Assembly: GCA_964016885.1 (NCBI GenBank)
Contig: OZ024758.1
Span: 20,956,001 to 21,020,000, forward strand
Length of the DNA: 64,000 nt
DNA from: Eledone cirrhosa
Taxonomy: Eukaryota
Direction of reading: 5' to 3'
In this document: positions 1-15,918 of the stretch, in pieces
How the letters are laid out: each line of letters opens with the position of its first letter
Position numbering within the stretch: position 1 is the first letter of the stretch
Notes under the pieces: generated by a model
Database searches by the model: none
What the model saw: only the letters and a program-made list of their open reading frames with translations
What the model was told of the DNA's origin: nothing
Position numbers and translations under genes: made by a program

Positions 1-122
1 TACTGCCTACTGGTGCTTTATGTTATCGAACCCGTAAGGGTGAAAGGCAAAGTTAACCTCGGCGGGATTTGAACTTAGATCGTAAAGGGACGTATCTATG
101 CTGGAAAGCATGTCCGACCCTC
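1..122 (-). mobile_element. tRNA-derived SINE family S1 (partial)
   Basis: Reverse complement of the S1 consensus (GTTCAAATCCCGCCGAGGTTAACTTTGCCTTTCA). Confidence 0.8.
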
Positions 123-714
123 TAAATAATGCCTGTTGTTTGGAATAAGTCTGTATTTCTACAGTTTCTGCAAATTCATTCTATTTTACTTTTTTGCAAT
201 ACGTATCAGCATGTCCGTTTTACTTGTGGCTGTACCTGTTAACTTGCTATATCTGATCTTCTCTGTCCCCCTCTGTCTCTCTTTATATATATATATATAT
301 GAGAGTGAGTAAGTGTGTGTACCTGTGTTGGTGTATTTGAGAAGAAGAGTAAAAACTGAAAAGCGTAGTTTACTAGTAGAAAAGAAACAAATATAATATC
401 CAGAATTCGATTAAGAAAATGAGAAACATTCTATGAAGAAAAACATAAATCATTATAACCAACATACGTCAGTGCTACAGAGTGAATGTAGAAAAAAAGA
501 CAGTGAAAATAACAACAAACAATGATGAAGAAATGCCAGAGAGAAATGTACTGGAGGAGCCATTATAATAGAGAATGTGAGACAGATATTGCGGAATTTA
601 CAAAAGGAATAATTGAATTAGAATTATCAAAAGATCGGAAATAGGGGAAATAAGGTATGTTGTCAGAGAATTTCTTTAAAATCATTGTGTGAGAGATGGT
701 AGCAATATACATTA

Positions 715-829
<115 letters not shown>

Positions 830-2442
830 AAGCAAGTCTGATGATTTCCTTCGAAATAAACAGTTCTAGACCTGTGGAAGCCATTCCTTTATTTAATTTG
901 GTATATTCACTCTTCTAATGTATTGAGTACCTTACTCACTCTAGTTTCTCCCGATTGAACCAACCATACATACACAAACACACACACACACACATACCCA
1001 CACATACACACACGCGCACAGACGCACATATATATAATATGTACACATATATATATGCATATATATATATATACACATATGTATGTGTACACATATATAT
1101 ATATATATATATATTTATAAAAGACTCCAGTCGATTTTCGATTTCATCTTTTTTCCTTCTAGTTTCACTCGTGTAGACCTTGTTTAGTTTTCGTTTTGTA
1201 AAAAAAAACTCACTTTCTAATATATATATATATATATACACACATACATGGAAATGTATATGAAGTTCTGAGTTTAAATTCATGTTGATGATTTAGAATT
1301 ATGAAGTGAGCATGGTAATTATATATATTAATTAGAGTGAAACATCAAATAGAACATTATCTATAGCTAATAAAATTGAATGTTTGTTATATGTGCATAG
1401 AAAGAAAGAAGAAAGCTGGATTGGTGGAAGGAACCATGACAAGGTTTATAAACATGGACATAGAATGAGCAAGTAATAATTAAGAAGGAACATGAGATTG
1501 AGAGAGAGAGACACAGTGAGAGAGAGTGAGATTGTGTGTGTATGTGAGAGAGAGAAAGAGAACGAACTAATTAGAAAGGCAAAGTGAAAACATTTAAGTG
1601 TAATATATAGAGGCAATAAAAAGAACGTCAAAGAAATATGCTACATAGAAATGAACGCTGAACTGAAGAAAGACATAACAAAGAGAAAGTAGCTGAATAT
1701 AAATATTGTCAGAATCCAAAGAAAAGATTAGTAGAGAAGAGAATGCAAACGTAATGGAAGAAATAGAACTAAAGGAATGCTTCTGTTGGTTTTCATATCA
1801 AAATAGAACACTATTGATTCAGTCTTTCGCTGAATCTAAATTCAATTTTAAACTTGAAGATCAAAAGTTAATTCAAGAAAGGAAATTGAAATTGCAAATC
1901 CTGTTTTATTTTTATATTTTTATAGTTTATATTTTATAGTTTAAATTTCATAGTTTATATGTTATAGTTTATATTTTATAGTTTATATTTTTATTATTAT
2001 TTTTATCAATTCTACCAATAAAAATACAACTTCAGCAACGCAGTATTTTGAAATGGAACATTTCTATTTAGTTTCAATTCTACTATTGAGTAAATCTAAT
2101 GACAAAAATGTATGAAACACTCACCGAAATAATAGTTTTCCGCGTACGATGGCTCGTGTACAGAACAGTTTTCAAATATATTCACACATTTTTTTTTTGT
2201 TTGTGTTCATGAAATTTAGAAAGTTATAATGAAATAAAAACATTGTCATAATTCATAATTCAAAATATGAACTGAACTAGTGAACAAGGAACATTGCAAA
2301 CTGATTTTCAAATTGGAAATGGGCAAACCTGAAATATGTATTTTGTCTGCTGGTGTCTATCTACCTTATTTGTATTTATATATATATAAAGAATTAGTAT
2401 ATCTACCAACATATTTATACAGAAGTATACTTATGCTAGCAA

Positions 2443-3100
2443 GATTTTGTCTTAGTAACTTTGTGGTTCAGTACAAAAATGTAGAACAATTATATGAAAG
2501 ACGTAAAATAAGAAAATTATAATAAATAACTTACTTACTTAAGTTTCACTCCAACTAATTAGTTTCTTAAAAGGCATATACATAGTGTTCAAAACCTTGG
2601 ATAATTCCTTTCTTCATCAGAGAGTCAATTCTCGGCTAAGATCCCTGGAGATAGGCGGACACAGTGATCTCAAACAAAAATAATTCAGTGAATGGAAAAG
2701 AAGCTACCGCGCGGACTAAATTTCAAGACACTGAAAATGTCGCTACCTTCCCGGTCAGTGGCAAATTCAAAAGAATCAATCACGTGACATTGACGTTAAT
2801 CAGTGAGGAGTGGGGTGTTAAAAAGACAGTAGCCAAAATATTACTATGAATCGTAGTAGTAATTCAGGCAAATTTTTGCTCAACAAATAATTTGGAGATA
2901 ATTATAAAGAATAAGTATATCTACCAACAGATTTATACAGAAGTGTACTTATGCTAGCAACAGAAATGACTCCATGATGAAGAAAGGAATTCTCCATGGT
3001 TTTCAACACTAAGTATATCCCCTTTCAGAAACTAATTAGTTGGAGTGAAACTTAAGTAAGTAAGTTAATTATTATAATTTTCTTATTTTACGTATTTCAT
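2443..3100. mobile_element. PLE-end inverted insertion, family D, with two hammerhead copies
   Basis: ~2491-2630 is the reverse complement of ~2963-3100; there is also a direct repeat 2385-2442 / 2905-2960. Confidence 0.65.
2548..2625 (-). ncRNA. Type I hammerhead (family D)
   Basis: Minus strand ACTCT-CTGATGA-AGAAAGG..CCTTT..-GAAA-CTAATTAG-TT-GGAGT, with palindromic stem III. The plus copy at 2969-3046 has C3 mutated (ATGATGA). Confidence 0.7.
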
Positions 3101-3110
3101 ATATATATAT

Positions 3111-3428
<318 letters not shown>

Positions 3429-3463
3429 GCGTGTGTGTGTGTATGTGTGTGTATATCGGTATG

Positions 3464-3853
<390 letters not shown>

Positions 3854-5040
3854 TCTGTTAATGAAGAATTTCGATAGATTTACTAACATTATCAATTCTT
3901 CATAACTAAAATAGTAATTTAATAAAAAAAAATCAAATATACAATTATACTTCAAGATTTAAATTTAAATTGAACAGCTTAAAAAATTGTTGGTTTTATT
4001 AGACAGAACCAAAGTCAGTTTTTGCCAGTTGGTAACTAAAGCGTTAAAGATTACATTCTCATGGTATTCACAGGCATATCTGTTTATTGTGTCTTTTCCA
4101 AACACTTAATCTTATGAAATGCAGTAAAATATTGATATTCAAATTCATCAATACGCTCTGTGGTTATTTATTGTGCTTTACACATTTCCCAGGAGCGGTT
4201 CTCAACGCAGAACAATATTCTGTCGGAATTCCAAAATCTTGTAAAAAGCTAATACCGCTGTTACTATTGTAAAATATAAATTTCACTCAATGATTTTTAC
4301 ATAATATATTTATAGGAAACTTTGATCTTTAAATTTTTGAATAATTATGTGTGTCTTAGTAATATGCAACCATGTTTTCTGTGTGTGTGTGTATGTGTTA
4401 TTGTCACGTGATTACCTTTAACAAATATGTGATAACATTTTTGTATCTTTCCAATTCTTTGTATTTTTCTTAGTGAATACTCATGATAATAACTTTCAGC
4501 AGCAACATTTTCAATCGATAACGTTAAGGTATGAAGTATCAATTATTTAACAAGTAAGGTATGTTTTGGTCTTTAAATCAGAGTCGTCTCGCGTAGTTAT
4601 AGGAAATGAATCTTGATTAAATTTATCAAGATTTCCTCATGCATATAAGATTATTCCTCAAACATTGCAACTCGAATTTAGACTTAACTTCAACATGTCT
4701 AATGAAAATTTAAATGTGCATATATTGAATATATCAGGAATATATTGACATTAAAATACAATATGTTAACAAGAAAAACTATACTTGTTAAGCAATAATT
4801 CTTTTGAATATTAATTTATCCTTCTTGATACATTTTTTTCCTATAAAGAATAAACCATCTTTTGTTAATTCGTTATACGTTTCATTAATATGAAAATAAT
4901 GTTGTTTTTACTTTTTCTAGAATTCACCATGCTATGACGAAAGTTGTACAGTAATTCTTAACAATATTGCCTTTCCACCCTCACATAAGTTGGCTTCGCA
5001 TCGCTACACTCTCAACCTCATTTACTTTCGCTACAAACGT

Positions 5041-5119
<79 letters not shown>

Positions 5120-5604
5120 TTTATTTATTCATTCACATACAATTACAATATATTACTAATACAAATATATATGAACTATGTATTAAATTCTTTACAAATT
5201 ATCTTTCATATATATATATATATACACATGTATATATATATATATATATATGAAAAATATGGGAAGAAGGATACTGCGTGGTTGCACATGGGTTACATAT
5301 TATAAAATTAGTCCCTCATCAGTGATTTGCCAACCATCATTGGTATTTCATCGCATTAAAAATCATATACCTCAGGTTGGTGGGAGCAATAACTAAAATA
5401 AGCTATTGGGACAAGTGAGTCGCGTAAAGCGAGTGAGACAAGTAAACAACATAGAAGGAAAAGCATGTGTATGTGTATGCGTTTGTGTGTGTGTGTGTGT
5501 GTCAATCGAACTTTTAACTTTATATATATAAATCTATATCTGCAGAAACACACACACATACACACACATGTAGCTATACACGCATTATAGAGATACATAC
5601 ATAA

Positions 5605-5641
<37 letters not shown>

Positions 5642-5687
5642 GTGTGTGTGTATATGTATGTATATATATATATATATATATATATAA

Positions 5688-5730
<43 letters not shown>

Positions 5731-5854
5731 AAGAATTAAAAAGAACAGAAAGATGCAGTAAAAGAGATTTATTCAGTTCTTACGTACGTTTCAATAGACA
5801 TCAATTTGCCTAGATCTCGCTACATCTATAATATTAATGCACTCGTGCATAACC

Positions 5855-5981
<127 letters not shown>

Positions 5982-6934
5982 GACATATAATGCAGAATAA
6001 CGGAAAATATGACTTTATGTACTATTTAACTAATCCATTGTTTGAATAAATGAAGATAATGCGATAGAGTGCATAGACTTAGCAGGTTAATTTGAACATG
6101 AGGCATTAACACATCTACAATAGAATATATAAACATATAATCATATGCAGATACAATAGAATGGATTGCAAGTTTATCAGAAAAAATAATATGAGAAGAG
6201 AGACACAGGAATTCAACAAGGAGAGGTGACGGAGTATATGCTAGAAAGTATTAAGATATTTTATATACGATATAAATATCAACTTCATGTTAAACAATTA
6301 AAATATGTAATATTAATGAGGAATAAACAGAAGGACAAAAATAATTAAAATTCGAAGAGCGTAGAAGCAGTAGAAAAACGTAGAAACAAAGAATTATAAA
6401 ATGAGGAGAGTTAATTCATATAAGCAAACAAGATATAGCAGAATAGAAAAAAAAAAAAAAAGTATAATTATGTGAATACAAAACCGAACATAAAAGAGGA
6501 AAAATAATCTGAAATGTGAAAAGAGAATAACAAGTGATATGAATTATTATAGTACAAGGAAAATATATCATTGAACACTTAGATGTTCAAGTTTCTACTT
6601 CAATTATATGAAAGGGAAATTTATATCAGCAAATGTTGTTTTATAAAAAGAAGCGTTTGACACACATTCCGTCTAGGAAAAGAGAATTGTAATAATTCGA
6701 TGAATATTCTAAATATGTTTAGATAAATTAAACCAAACATAAAAAAAATCATTGTCTCAAGCTTTATGTTAAATAAGGCGACTCCGTTAGAAGCATTTGT
6801 ATCCTGCAATGGATGTTCCTCTACAGTTGCAACGCCTTGATGATATGAGTACACCTAGAAATTCTTATTACAAACGACCCACGCCCCTGACTGGTTCAAA
6901 GGTTATAGTCTGGTCCAACAATTATCGCTTAGTT

Positions 6935-7353
<419 letters not shown>

Positions 7354-7645
7354 ATCTAGTTCAACGTTTATTCCCAGGTTCAAAGTTTATCACCAGGTTC
7401 AAAGTTTATCACCAGGTTCAAACATTATCACCAGGCTCAAAGTTTATCACCAGGCTCAAAGTTTGTCACCAGGCTCAGAGTTTATCACCAGGTTCAATGT
7501 GTATTGCCAGGCTCAAAGTTTATTGCCAGATTCAAAGTGTATTGCCAGGTTCAACGTTTATGGCCAGGCCTAAAGGTTATCACCAGGTTCAAATGTATCG
7601 CCAAGTTGAAAGTATATTGCAAGGCTCAAGGGTTATTGCAATGCT
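7354..7645 (+). repeat. 19-bp minisatellite CCAGGTTCAAAGTTTATCA, ~15 copies
   Basis: Direct periodicity; degenerate units also at 6890-6934. Confidence 0.9.
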
Positions 7646-9447
7646 AAAACACAGAGACTGTTAATTTGTAGATGTCTATATAATAATTATTAACAATACA
7701 TACGCTCAAGAAATGACGATATGATCCATTCATTGCCAATAATTATGCTGCAACCAGCAATCTGTAATGGACATTTCTGCGATGCTATTTATTATAAAAC
7801 ATAATGAATATACAAAAAAACAGGAAGACATATAAGAGGAATGATTAAAAATAAAACTAATGAACAATATAAAGCAAACGCCACAATGATCCTTGTTGAT
7901 ATACATTATATAAAGAAGAAACGAGAGTTGAACAAAGAAAGCTTACGATGGGCAGAGAACTGAAAACGAAGAATATTGCGAGTAATAATAAATTAAATAG
8001 AGTCAACAACAATGTAAGAATTATCAAAGAATAACACAATTAATAGTGTGTTAGTTTCTGCCTTTGAAGTAGACCTATTATATTTAATTGCTAATTTTCC
8101 TTATGTTAATATGCAATTTGTAATTTTGATATTTTTTTCCTATTTATTTATCGATATTTTCTCAATTATAAAAGTAAAAGAGATACTGTTTCGCAGAATT
8201 TGTATAGGAAAGAGAAACATGTGCAACGATGGTGTTAAAAGCTGACTATATTGTTGAGAAAACAACTGCAGTAGGAGGGAGAGAAAGCAAAAATTAAAAT
8301 AAAAACTAATGCTTTTGTAGAAACGATTCTTCGTATGAGATAAAGATGGAGAAAACAGATACAACCCCACCAACACACACTAACATACAAACACAATCAA
8401 AGCAACACAAACACAAACATATGCACACCCCCCCACACACACACATATCTGTGGTTCTCTAGAACATCGTTGTATCAAATGAATTGTTAATATCTATTTA
8501 TATATATCATATCTCCTTGTAAATGATCTAGTTCATCTCTTCAGTAGTAACGAGAGGTTGATTTTTTTTATTTTCTACAACACAGATATGGGTACAGCGA
8601 CATAAGTACAATCACACCACTACTAATACTAGGTATTTGAGGTGGTGTATGCCATAATGGACCACCTAGATCATTTTGAATTGCAGACCTATCAACTCTC
8701 CCCGTCTGACGGGCAGATCTACCACCCACTTGTGAAAATGGTTATAACTTTCCTTAGGTAAAATCTCCCCATTTTGCCTCATTTCACCACGTTTTGGGGC
8801 ACATTTATTCATGGTACTCCCCAATTTGTTTTTTAGAGTTGTTGTGTTATCACTGGACAAGGCCCAGAGAAAATTCCGAGCCAATTTCCGAGTGAATTTG
8901 TAATTGACTGTTAAATATTGACTTATTTATTCAACTTTAACTGGCAGTTTGACCACGTTCAAATCACATGGTGTAGGAAAATTTCGATTATGCTTAATTT
9001 ATTAATTCGTTAATATTGATTTTGTTGATTACGTGAATTTCTTTGTTCGATTATTGCTATTTCACTTCTAAATCCAAATGAATGTGCACAGATTCCGGAG
9101 ATTGTTCAAGATATCATTTAACATGTACGTGAATGGCACGATTCTATCAATAGTGTTGTCGTATGGTTTCGTAAAATCGATTCAGGGATTAATCTAATTG
9201 TGTACTTATGAAGAAGCTAAGAAATATTCGACCATAACTCCCTCGTCCATTATCTACAACGCATATATTGTTAAAGAGACCTAATACTCACGTCGCGGTT
9301 ACCATCATAGACACACGAAAATACTTCTAGCTAGAGAAATTCCAAATATCACTGTGCACGATGTCAATAGTTTCTCAGCCCCTGTGGTGCCATGTTGTTA
9401 TGATTACATGAACTGACTAAATCTCGCTCACTCACTATCACTATCTC

Positions 9448-9510
<63 letters not shown>

Positions 9511-9513
<3 letters not shown>

Positions 9514-9726
9514 AAGTTTTATTTAAATTGTTGGGTTAACAACGAGTAAATATTTATAACTGATATAAAAGCACTCAACAATATTTGGAGTATATTTACG
9601 ATATTAAATAAATGGAAACTATATTTATAAAACCATATTTATTTCATTATAAATATATATAATGAAATATATATAATGAAATAAATATGGTTTTATAAAT
9701 ATAGTTTCCATTTATTTAATATCGTA
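9511..9726. mobile_element. Asymmetric inverted insertion in (TA)n; related degenerate hammerhead at 9808-9867
   Basis: 9597-9660 is inverted to 9671-9726, with an ~85-nt tail. GAAATA(A/T)ATATGGTTTTATAAA is shared with TTTAT-CTGACGA..GAAA..ATAAA at 9808-9867. Confidence 0.6.
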
Positions 9727-9929
9727 TATATATATATATTTACATAGCACTCATAAACATTAAGTTCATATGTACATATGTCAATATCTGTAAAATAATT
9801 ATGGTATTTTATCTGACGATAGCGTCCCAAAATACTGGTACCCTTGAAATATATATGGTTTTATAAAGATATATATGTATATATATATATGTATCTATAT
9901 CTATCTATATATCTATATATATCTATAAT

Positions 9930-9993
<64 letters not shown>

Positions 9994-10166
9994 CTATTAT
10001 AAAAATATATTATAAACATATATTATAAAAATAAACCATAGCTTTGAAGAATTAGCTTTTAATGAATTCCCTTTTCTATCAACCAATGACCTACAACCAT
10101 CCCACTCCCAACCCTCTCCTACCACCTGAAGAGACCTATAAATACCATACTTATTTTTAGATACCC

Positions 10167-10217
10167 AGATTCCTGATGATTTTTAAAGAATGAAACAGTT
10201 CTAGTCCTGTAGAATCT
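10167..10217 (+). ncRNA. Type I hammerhead (family G pLTR fragment ~10030-10235)
   Basis: AGATTC-CTGATGA-TTTTTAAAGAAT-GAAA-CAGttctagtcCTG-TA-GAATCT: perfect 6-bp stem I, 4-bp stem III, weak stem II. Degenerate relative at ~835-885. Confidence 0.72.
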
Positions 10218-10814
10218 CATCTATATTAAAACTTATATATATATAATTAACAACAAGGTAGAAAATGCTAATAGGATTTTCGCATAGAATAACGGCAAAG
10301 CAATTTATTTTTAATAATTTGTCGTACCGGTTTCAGCCGATAATTATTTCGGCTTCTTCGTGCTACAGGAAGCATGATAAAAAGTATATAATAAAATTAA
10401 GGTGTATATTAATTAGAAGAGGGTATTAGAGAACATAGTTTACATATATATAAAAGTTCACATCTTCGTTTATCAATTTTTCTCTCCTCCTTTGTTATTT
10501 GGGGGTAGTAGCAGCTAAAATAAAATTTGGCTTGTTCTCTGTTACTCTCTGACTAGCATATATGCATATATTTGCAAGAGTGTAAAAACCTGAATGTTTC
10601 TGCACTCTTCTGTTGCAGTCCATCGGTTGTATAAATTTGTATATCATAATTCATATACGTTGGCAGAAGTATATTAACCTACATACTTATTTTTAAGCTG
10701 GTGTATTTATTGGATTTTCCTGGTGATTATATACATACACACATAGATATATACGCACACAATATATATACATACATATACATGTATATATATATATATA
10801 TTTATACACACACG

Positions 10815-10948
<134 letters not shown>

Positions 10949-11642
10949 CATATGTATATATATGAATTATTCAGACATGAGAAAATTGTAGAATCACCTT
11001 GTATATATTGTCACTAAGATATTAATTTATTGTAAACAGGTCAAACCTAAATATTTATATTCACCGCTAACAGGATATGGTGACGTGAAGAGGAAAGGGA
11101 AAAAAATCATTTATCAAAATTATTTGTGTTGAAATGAACTATTGTTATTTTGCTAAGCTTTCATACTAAGAATTTAGTTTACGAGGTGACGAATTGAGAG
11201 TGTCGTTCGAAAGGAGTTTCTATTCAATCTGTGGTTAAGTACATTTGAGGTCAACTTTAAGTTACTCTTTTCCACGTCGATCAATAAAATATTAGTTTGA
11301 GTGTGGATAGTTCCTTCTATCGTTAACTTCCTCCCTATCGTCATCCCTGTCACTCCCCGTCCCCCACACTTCCTCACTCAACGTATAACTCTGACCCTCT
11401 GCTCTCACGATATATCTTTCTCTATCTCATTCGTCATCACTTTTGAAGAAATCTGCACTTTCAAGCTGGGGTGTTTGCGGCTTCGTCAGGTTTAAATGTC
11501 AGATGAAATACCTTACGTCCTGAATGATATGAGGGTGGTTTAGCTCTTTAAAACATTATTTTAAAACTTTTATTTCGCACGCAGTTGACTTCTAATTGCA
11601 ACACTGAAGATGTATTCCAATTGAATTTACTGTCTGAATATA

Positions 11643-12282
<640 letters not shown>

Positions 12283-12283
<1 letters not shown>

Positions 12284-13179
12284 CATAATCTATAAAGCTC
12301 AGTGCGTGGTCATGCTCCTTCGTTATAGAAATCTACGATGTAGAATTTCTTCAATTGAAATTTACAATTCAGTATTCGAAATAGCTTCGATTGCGTCTTG
12401 ACGCAGATAATATTTTCAATTTCACCCACACTTACGCAAAAAATAGATAAAACTCAATATTTTACGATTTTTCTCTCTCATTTAAATTGCTGAACTCTTT
12501 CTACTACCATTCAAAATCTATACAACTTCATACTTTCTGCTACTCTCTCTTTCCAAGCTTGATGGTGATACTGTCCGTTCACACCACTCTCTACTGTCTT
12601 AAATTTAGAAAACACATATCCTCTATGAGGTTACTAAACCTGCTAGAAACAGCAGCTAACTCTCCCCCATATCACACCCCTCCCTACTGTCTTACATTTA
12701 GAAAACATATCTTCTATGAGGTCACTAAACCTGCTAGAAACAGCAGCTAACTCTCCCCCATATCACACCACTCCCTACTGTATTAAATTTAGAAAACACA
12801 TATCCTCTATGAGGTCACTAAACCTGCTAGAAACAACAGCTAACTCTCCCTCATATCACAACCCTCCCTACTGTCTTAAATTTAAAAAACACACAGACAA
12901 CCATGCAGAACAACTCCATCGCAGCTCTGTTGTTCGGCTGGCATCGTCTACGCGCGTGCTGCGCAAGTATTGTGAAACAATAAATTTCAACACTTTTTTG
13001 CACAGAGATAATATCCATAGGCGAAACTACAATTGTCACTGCTGGCGCAGCTCATGCTTCCAGGTCTGCAATTCATTCACCCAGTGCCTGGCAGACAAAA
13101 AAGTGCTGCCATAAAATGGGTGGTGCAACCTAACTTTGGTAAGTTAATGACCCCGAGCAACGCCGGGCTTTAATGCTAG
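12283..13179 (+). mobile_element. Non-autonomous Helitron carrying an internal tandem repeat
   Basis: A|TC 5' end (approximate), GC hairpin CCCGagcaacgcCGGG 13152-13167, CTAG|T 3' end. Confidence 0.7.
12584..12892 (+). repeat. ~91-bp tandem repeat, ~3.4 copies
   Basis: CCCTACTGTCTTAAATTTAGAAAACACATATCCTCTATGAGGTCACTAAACCTGCTAGAAACAGCAGCTAACTCTCCCCCATATCACA repeated. Confidence 0.9.
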
Positions 13180-13242
13180 TATATATATATATATATAAAT
13201 ATATTACTTGTATTCCTATGTGTATTATTTACATGTAGGAAC

Positions 13243-13425
13243 GGCGGAGGATTGCAGTATCGGTAGAGAGTCGGACGCCATGCTTTCCAGCATAGTTACG
13301 TCCCTTTACGGTCTGAGTTCAAATCCCGTCGAGGTTACCTTTGCATTTCATCCTTTCGGGGTCGATAAAATAAAGTACCAGTAATGTACTGGATAAGTGC
13401 TGGCCTTGTGCCAAACGTAGAAACA
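13243..13425 (+). mobile_element. SINE S1 with 19-bp TSD
   Basis: A box-like TTGCAGTATCGG, B box GAGTTCAAATCC, central TTTCATCCTTTCGGGGTCGATAAAATAAAGTACCAG; TSD ATTATTTACATGTAGGAAC. Confidence 0.9.
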
Positions 13426-13456
13426 ATTATTTACATGTAGGAACACATACTTTTAT

Positions 13457-13504
<48 letters not shown>

Positions 13505-13731
13505 AATGGAAGTTCAGTAGAATCGAAGTTCTGCATGCGGCCATGCTAATGAATGTAATCGGAACGTGCAGTTTAGACAGCTTGACGAATTGAACACTGC
13601 AAACGGTTAGTCAGCCGCCAAGACCAAATCAACTCGAAAACCAACTCAGGATAATTGGAGAAAACCAGGACCATCCTCTCGATATTAAGCAATATCTCCG
13701 GTAGATTTCTGTGAATCTGATTTTAACAAAT

Positions 13732-13774
<43 letters not shown>

Positions 13775-13778
<4 letters not shown>

Positions 13779-14400
13779 TGAATGGAAAAGAAAATGCTGA
13801 CAAATTGTTCACAAAGAAAAATAGTTTAATTAGGAATAAGTGAGAATTAGTAATAGTATTGGTTATTATTCAGTTTTTGTTTTAAGTTTTACCGGTTGCG
13901 CATTTCTAATGCTTTTCAAAAATAATTTTGAGATAGAGCGTCCGTGATGTTTGCTCTGATCTGATTAGTTTTGGGAATTATATCTGTTTTTATGTGAAGA
14001 AAGTGGCTCCAGCAGTATTAAAATAAGTTTCGCGCCAATTCGTGTTGCAAAAATTCTTGTAGTCAAAACAATATTGATTGGTCGGTAGAGGTAATGTGAA
14101 TGTTAAAAATTGATTTTGCGCCAAATGTAGGTTTGTGTCGGCTGATTGAGAAGTCACTGAAAAATAAGTATTTCAAAACAAATATGTGTGTGTGTGTGTG
14201 TAGTAGTAGTAAAGAGGTTCGTTGTTGTGATAATGGTCAGCAGGGATGTGTGTGCGAACCGCAGCCTGTTGACAGTTCAAATGCCTATTAAGACAAGTGT
14301 GTGTGTGTACCAGAGTAAATCGTGGTAGAGGGATGGTCAGTAGGAATGTGTCTGTAAGTGTGTGGGGGATATTTTAACATATATTATATATATTTAAAAT
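13775..14400 (-). mobile_element. PLE 3' fragment, family F (longer copy)
   Basis: 13775-13968 matches 23983-24173; the distal boundary is uncertain. Confidence 0.55.
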
Positions 14401-15287
14401 ATATTTTTCAGCTCTTGTCTTATACGGAGAAGTGTGTGTGTGTGTGTGTATGTGTGTGGGTGTGGGGGGTCTATGTCTCTTTGTATGTTAATGTACGCGT
14501 GTATATATATTGAACGCGTGGAAATGACAGTTCTATATTTGTCCCTTAATTATATAGAAACTCGGAAGCAATTCGATAATTTGCACCGCTAGGCGAATCA
14601 TTTTTATTTCAAGTGAGTGAGAGTTCATGTCAGGGTATATTCTTCTAATTTTAGAAAATATATCCCAATATGTTCGAATAGAATCCCCCAAGTGCATCCA
14701 ATTACTATTGGTTGACTTGTTATCATCACTGATCTCATTTTCTAGAAATTAAATCTATAAAAATTCAATCGCATTGTGCAACGCAGTAAAACATTACAAT
14801 CTGAAAGATTTTACAAATGTATTTATATACGTATCATAAAAAAAAACGAGAGAAAGTGTGATACCGGAAGTGGTGCTTAGATCTGGAGACCAAACATCAT
14901 AGGAGTACTCAATGCGTGTGGAGATGCAGAATGGGTATAGTGATGAGTAGAATCATGAAGGCATTGCTTAGCGGTTTCGACTTGTGTGTGTGTGCAGTGG
15001 CGGACGGAGTCTAAAAATAGTGGTTGCCAGATGAAGGGGGCCCACGTACATATATAATGCTATCATTTAATTTTGATAATGAATAAATAACATTTTCGAG
15101 AAATACATAAGTAGAAACAAAACAATGCAATCAAATGTTTGCGGAAAAATATCTTACCTTCTTCAATAAAAAATATTATGCATTTTGTGACATCAAGAGA
15201 CTAACAATAATGACCAGAAATCGACCCTAAATATTACTAATAGCTCTAGAAAAGGCATGAATGAAACCACATCATTTAAATTTAATT

Positions 15288-15597
15288 TTGAAAGTAGGTT
15301 TATAATTATCAACTTTCATTATACTTTTGTAGCAGTCTCGGTGGCCTAGTTGGAAGAATCCTAGACGGTGGTGATACTGGTCTGAAGTTCGATCCTGGCC
15401 GGGAGAGTGGTTCCCGGTAAACCTGTTCAGTTTTTTTTCTATTTGTTGTAAAATAAAAACTGAAAAAGATTACATGTACCTCTTGACTAGGATCGAACCC
15501 AATGCAAAGATCTCCACCGGCTCTATTGCCTCCCACTAGGCCACAGAGACAACTGCGAATATCTAATGAAAGTTCATACTTATAAACCTACTTTCAA
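15288..15597. mobile_element. 310-bp element with inverted ends and two convergent tRNA-like Pol III units (copy 1)
   Basis: Ends TTGAAAGTAGGTTTATAA../..TTATAAACCTACTTTCAA. Plus unit: A box TGGCCTAGTTGG 15342-53, B box GTTCGATCC 15387-95. Minus unit: 15478-15550. Confidence 0.75.
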
Positions 15598-15918
15598 AAT
15601 GTTCAAAACAAAATGATGCCAAATAACTTACTCTCAAATTCGCAAGTTCTGTTATAGAAATTTGACGTATGAATCTGTACATATATTTACTATTCAGTAC
15701 GGCTAATAAACGAGCCTTAAGTATGTATACATCTCACCATACCTGCCCCATTGATGCTAACATATAACTTTCTGAAATGATTATTTATGAAATAGAAACA
15801 ATTATTTCTTGTTTGTGTTTTTCATTTTGTTTATAACTATAAAGCGTGTTTCAATTATATGAGAGATAGGTTTTATAGTCTGTTATTCGTATGATGAATC
15901 GAGAAGGCTGCATGAGCG

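Noticed and set aside
5270-5330. Minus-strand CTGATGA-GGG..CCC
   Set aside because: No GAAA or stem III in register.
10320-10370. Minus-strand hammerhead-like AGCCGA..TCGGCT-GAAACCGGTA
   Set aside because: Core reads ACGAAGA and stem I is broken; probably a decayed pLTR ribozyme but not callable.
12487-13114. ORFs with repeated LNLLETAANSPPYH
   Set aside because: Product of a non-triplet ~91-bp tandem repeat inside a Helitron.
13575-13620. TTGACGA..CAAAC..GTCAGC hammerhead-like string
   Set aside because: Core and stem II do not pair; could be chance.
14995-15050. CAGTGGCGGA start resembling a hAT TIR enclosing the twin cassettes
   Set aside because: No matching TCCGCCACTG end found downstream.
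15335-15405. Possible genuine tRNA genes in the twin cassette
   Set aside because: A/B boxes are present but the anticodon and T stems pair poorly; treated as tRNA-like only.
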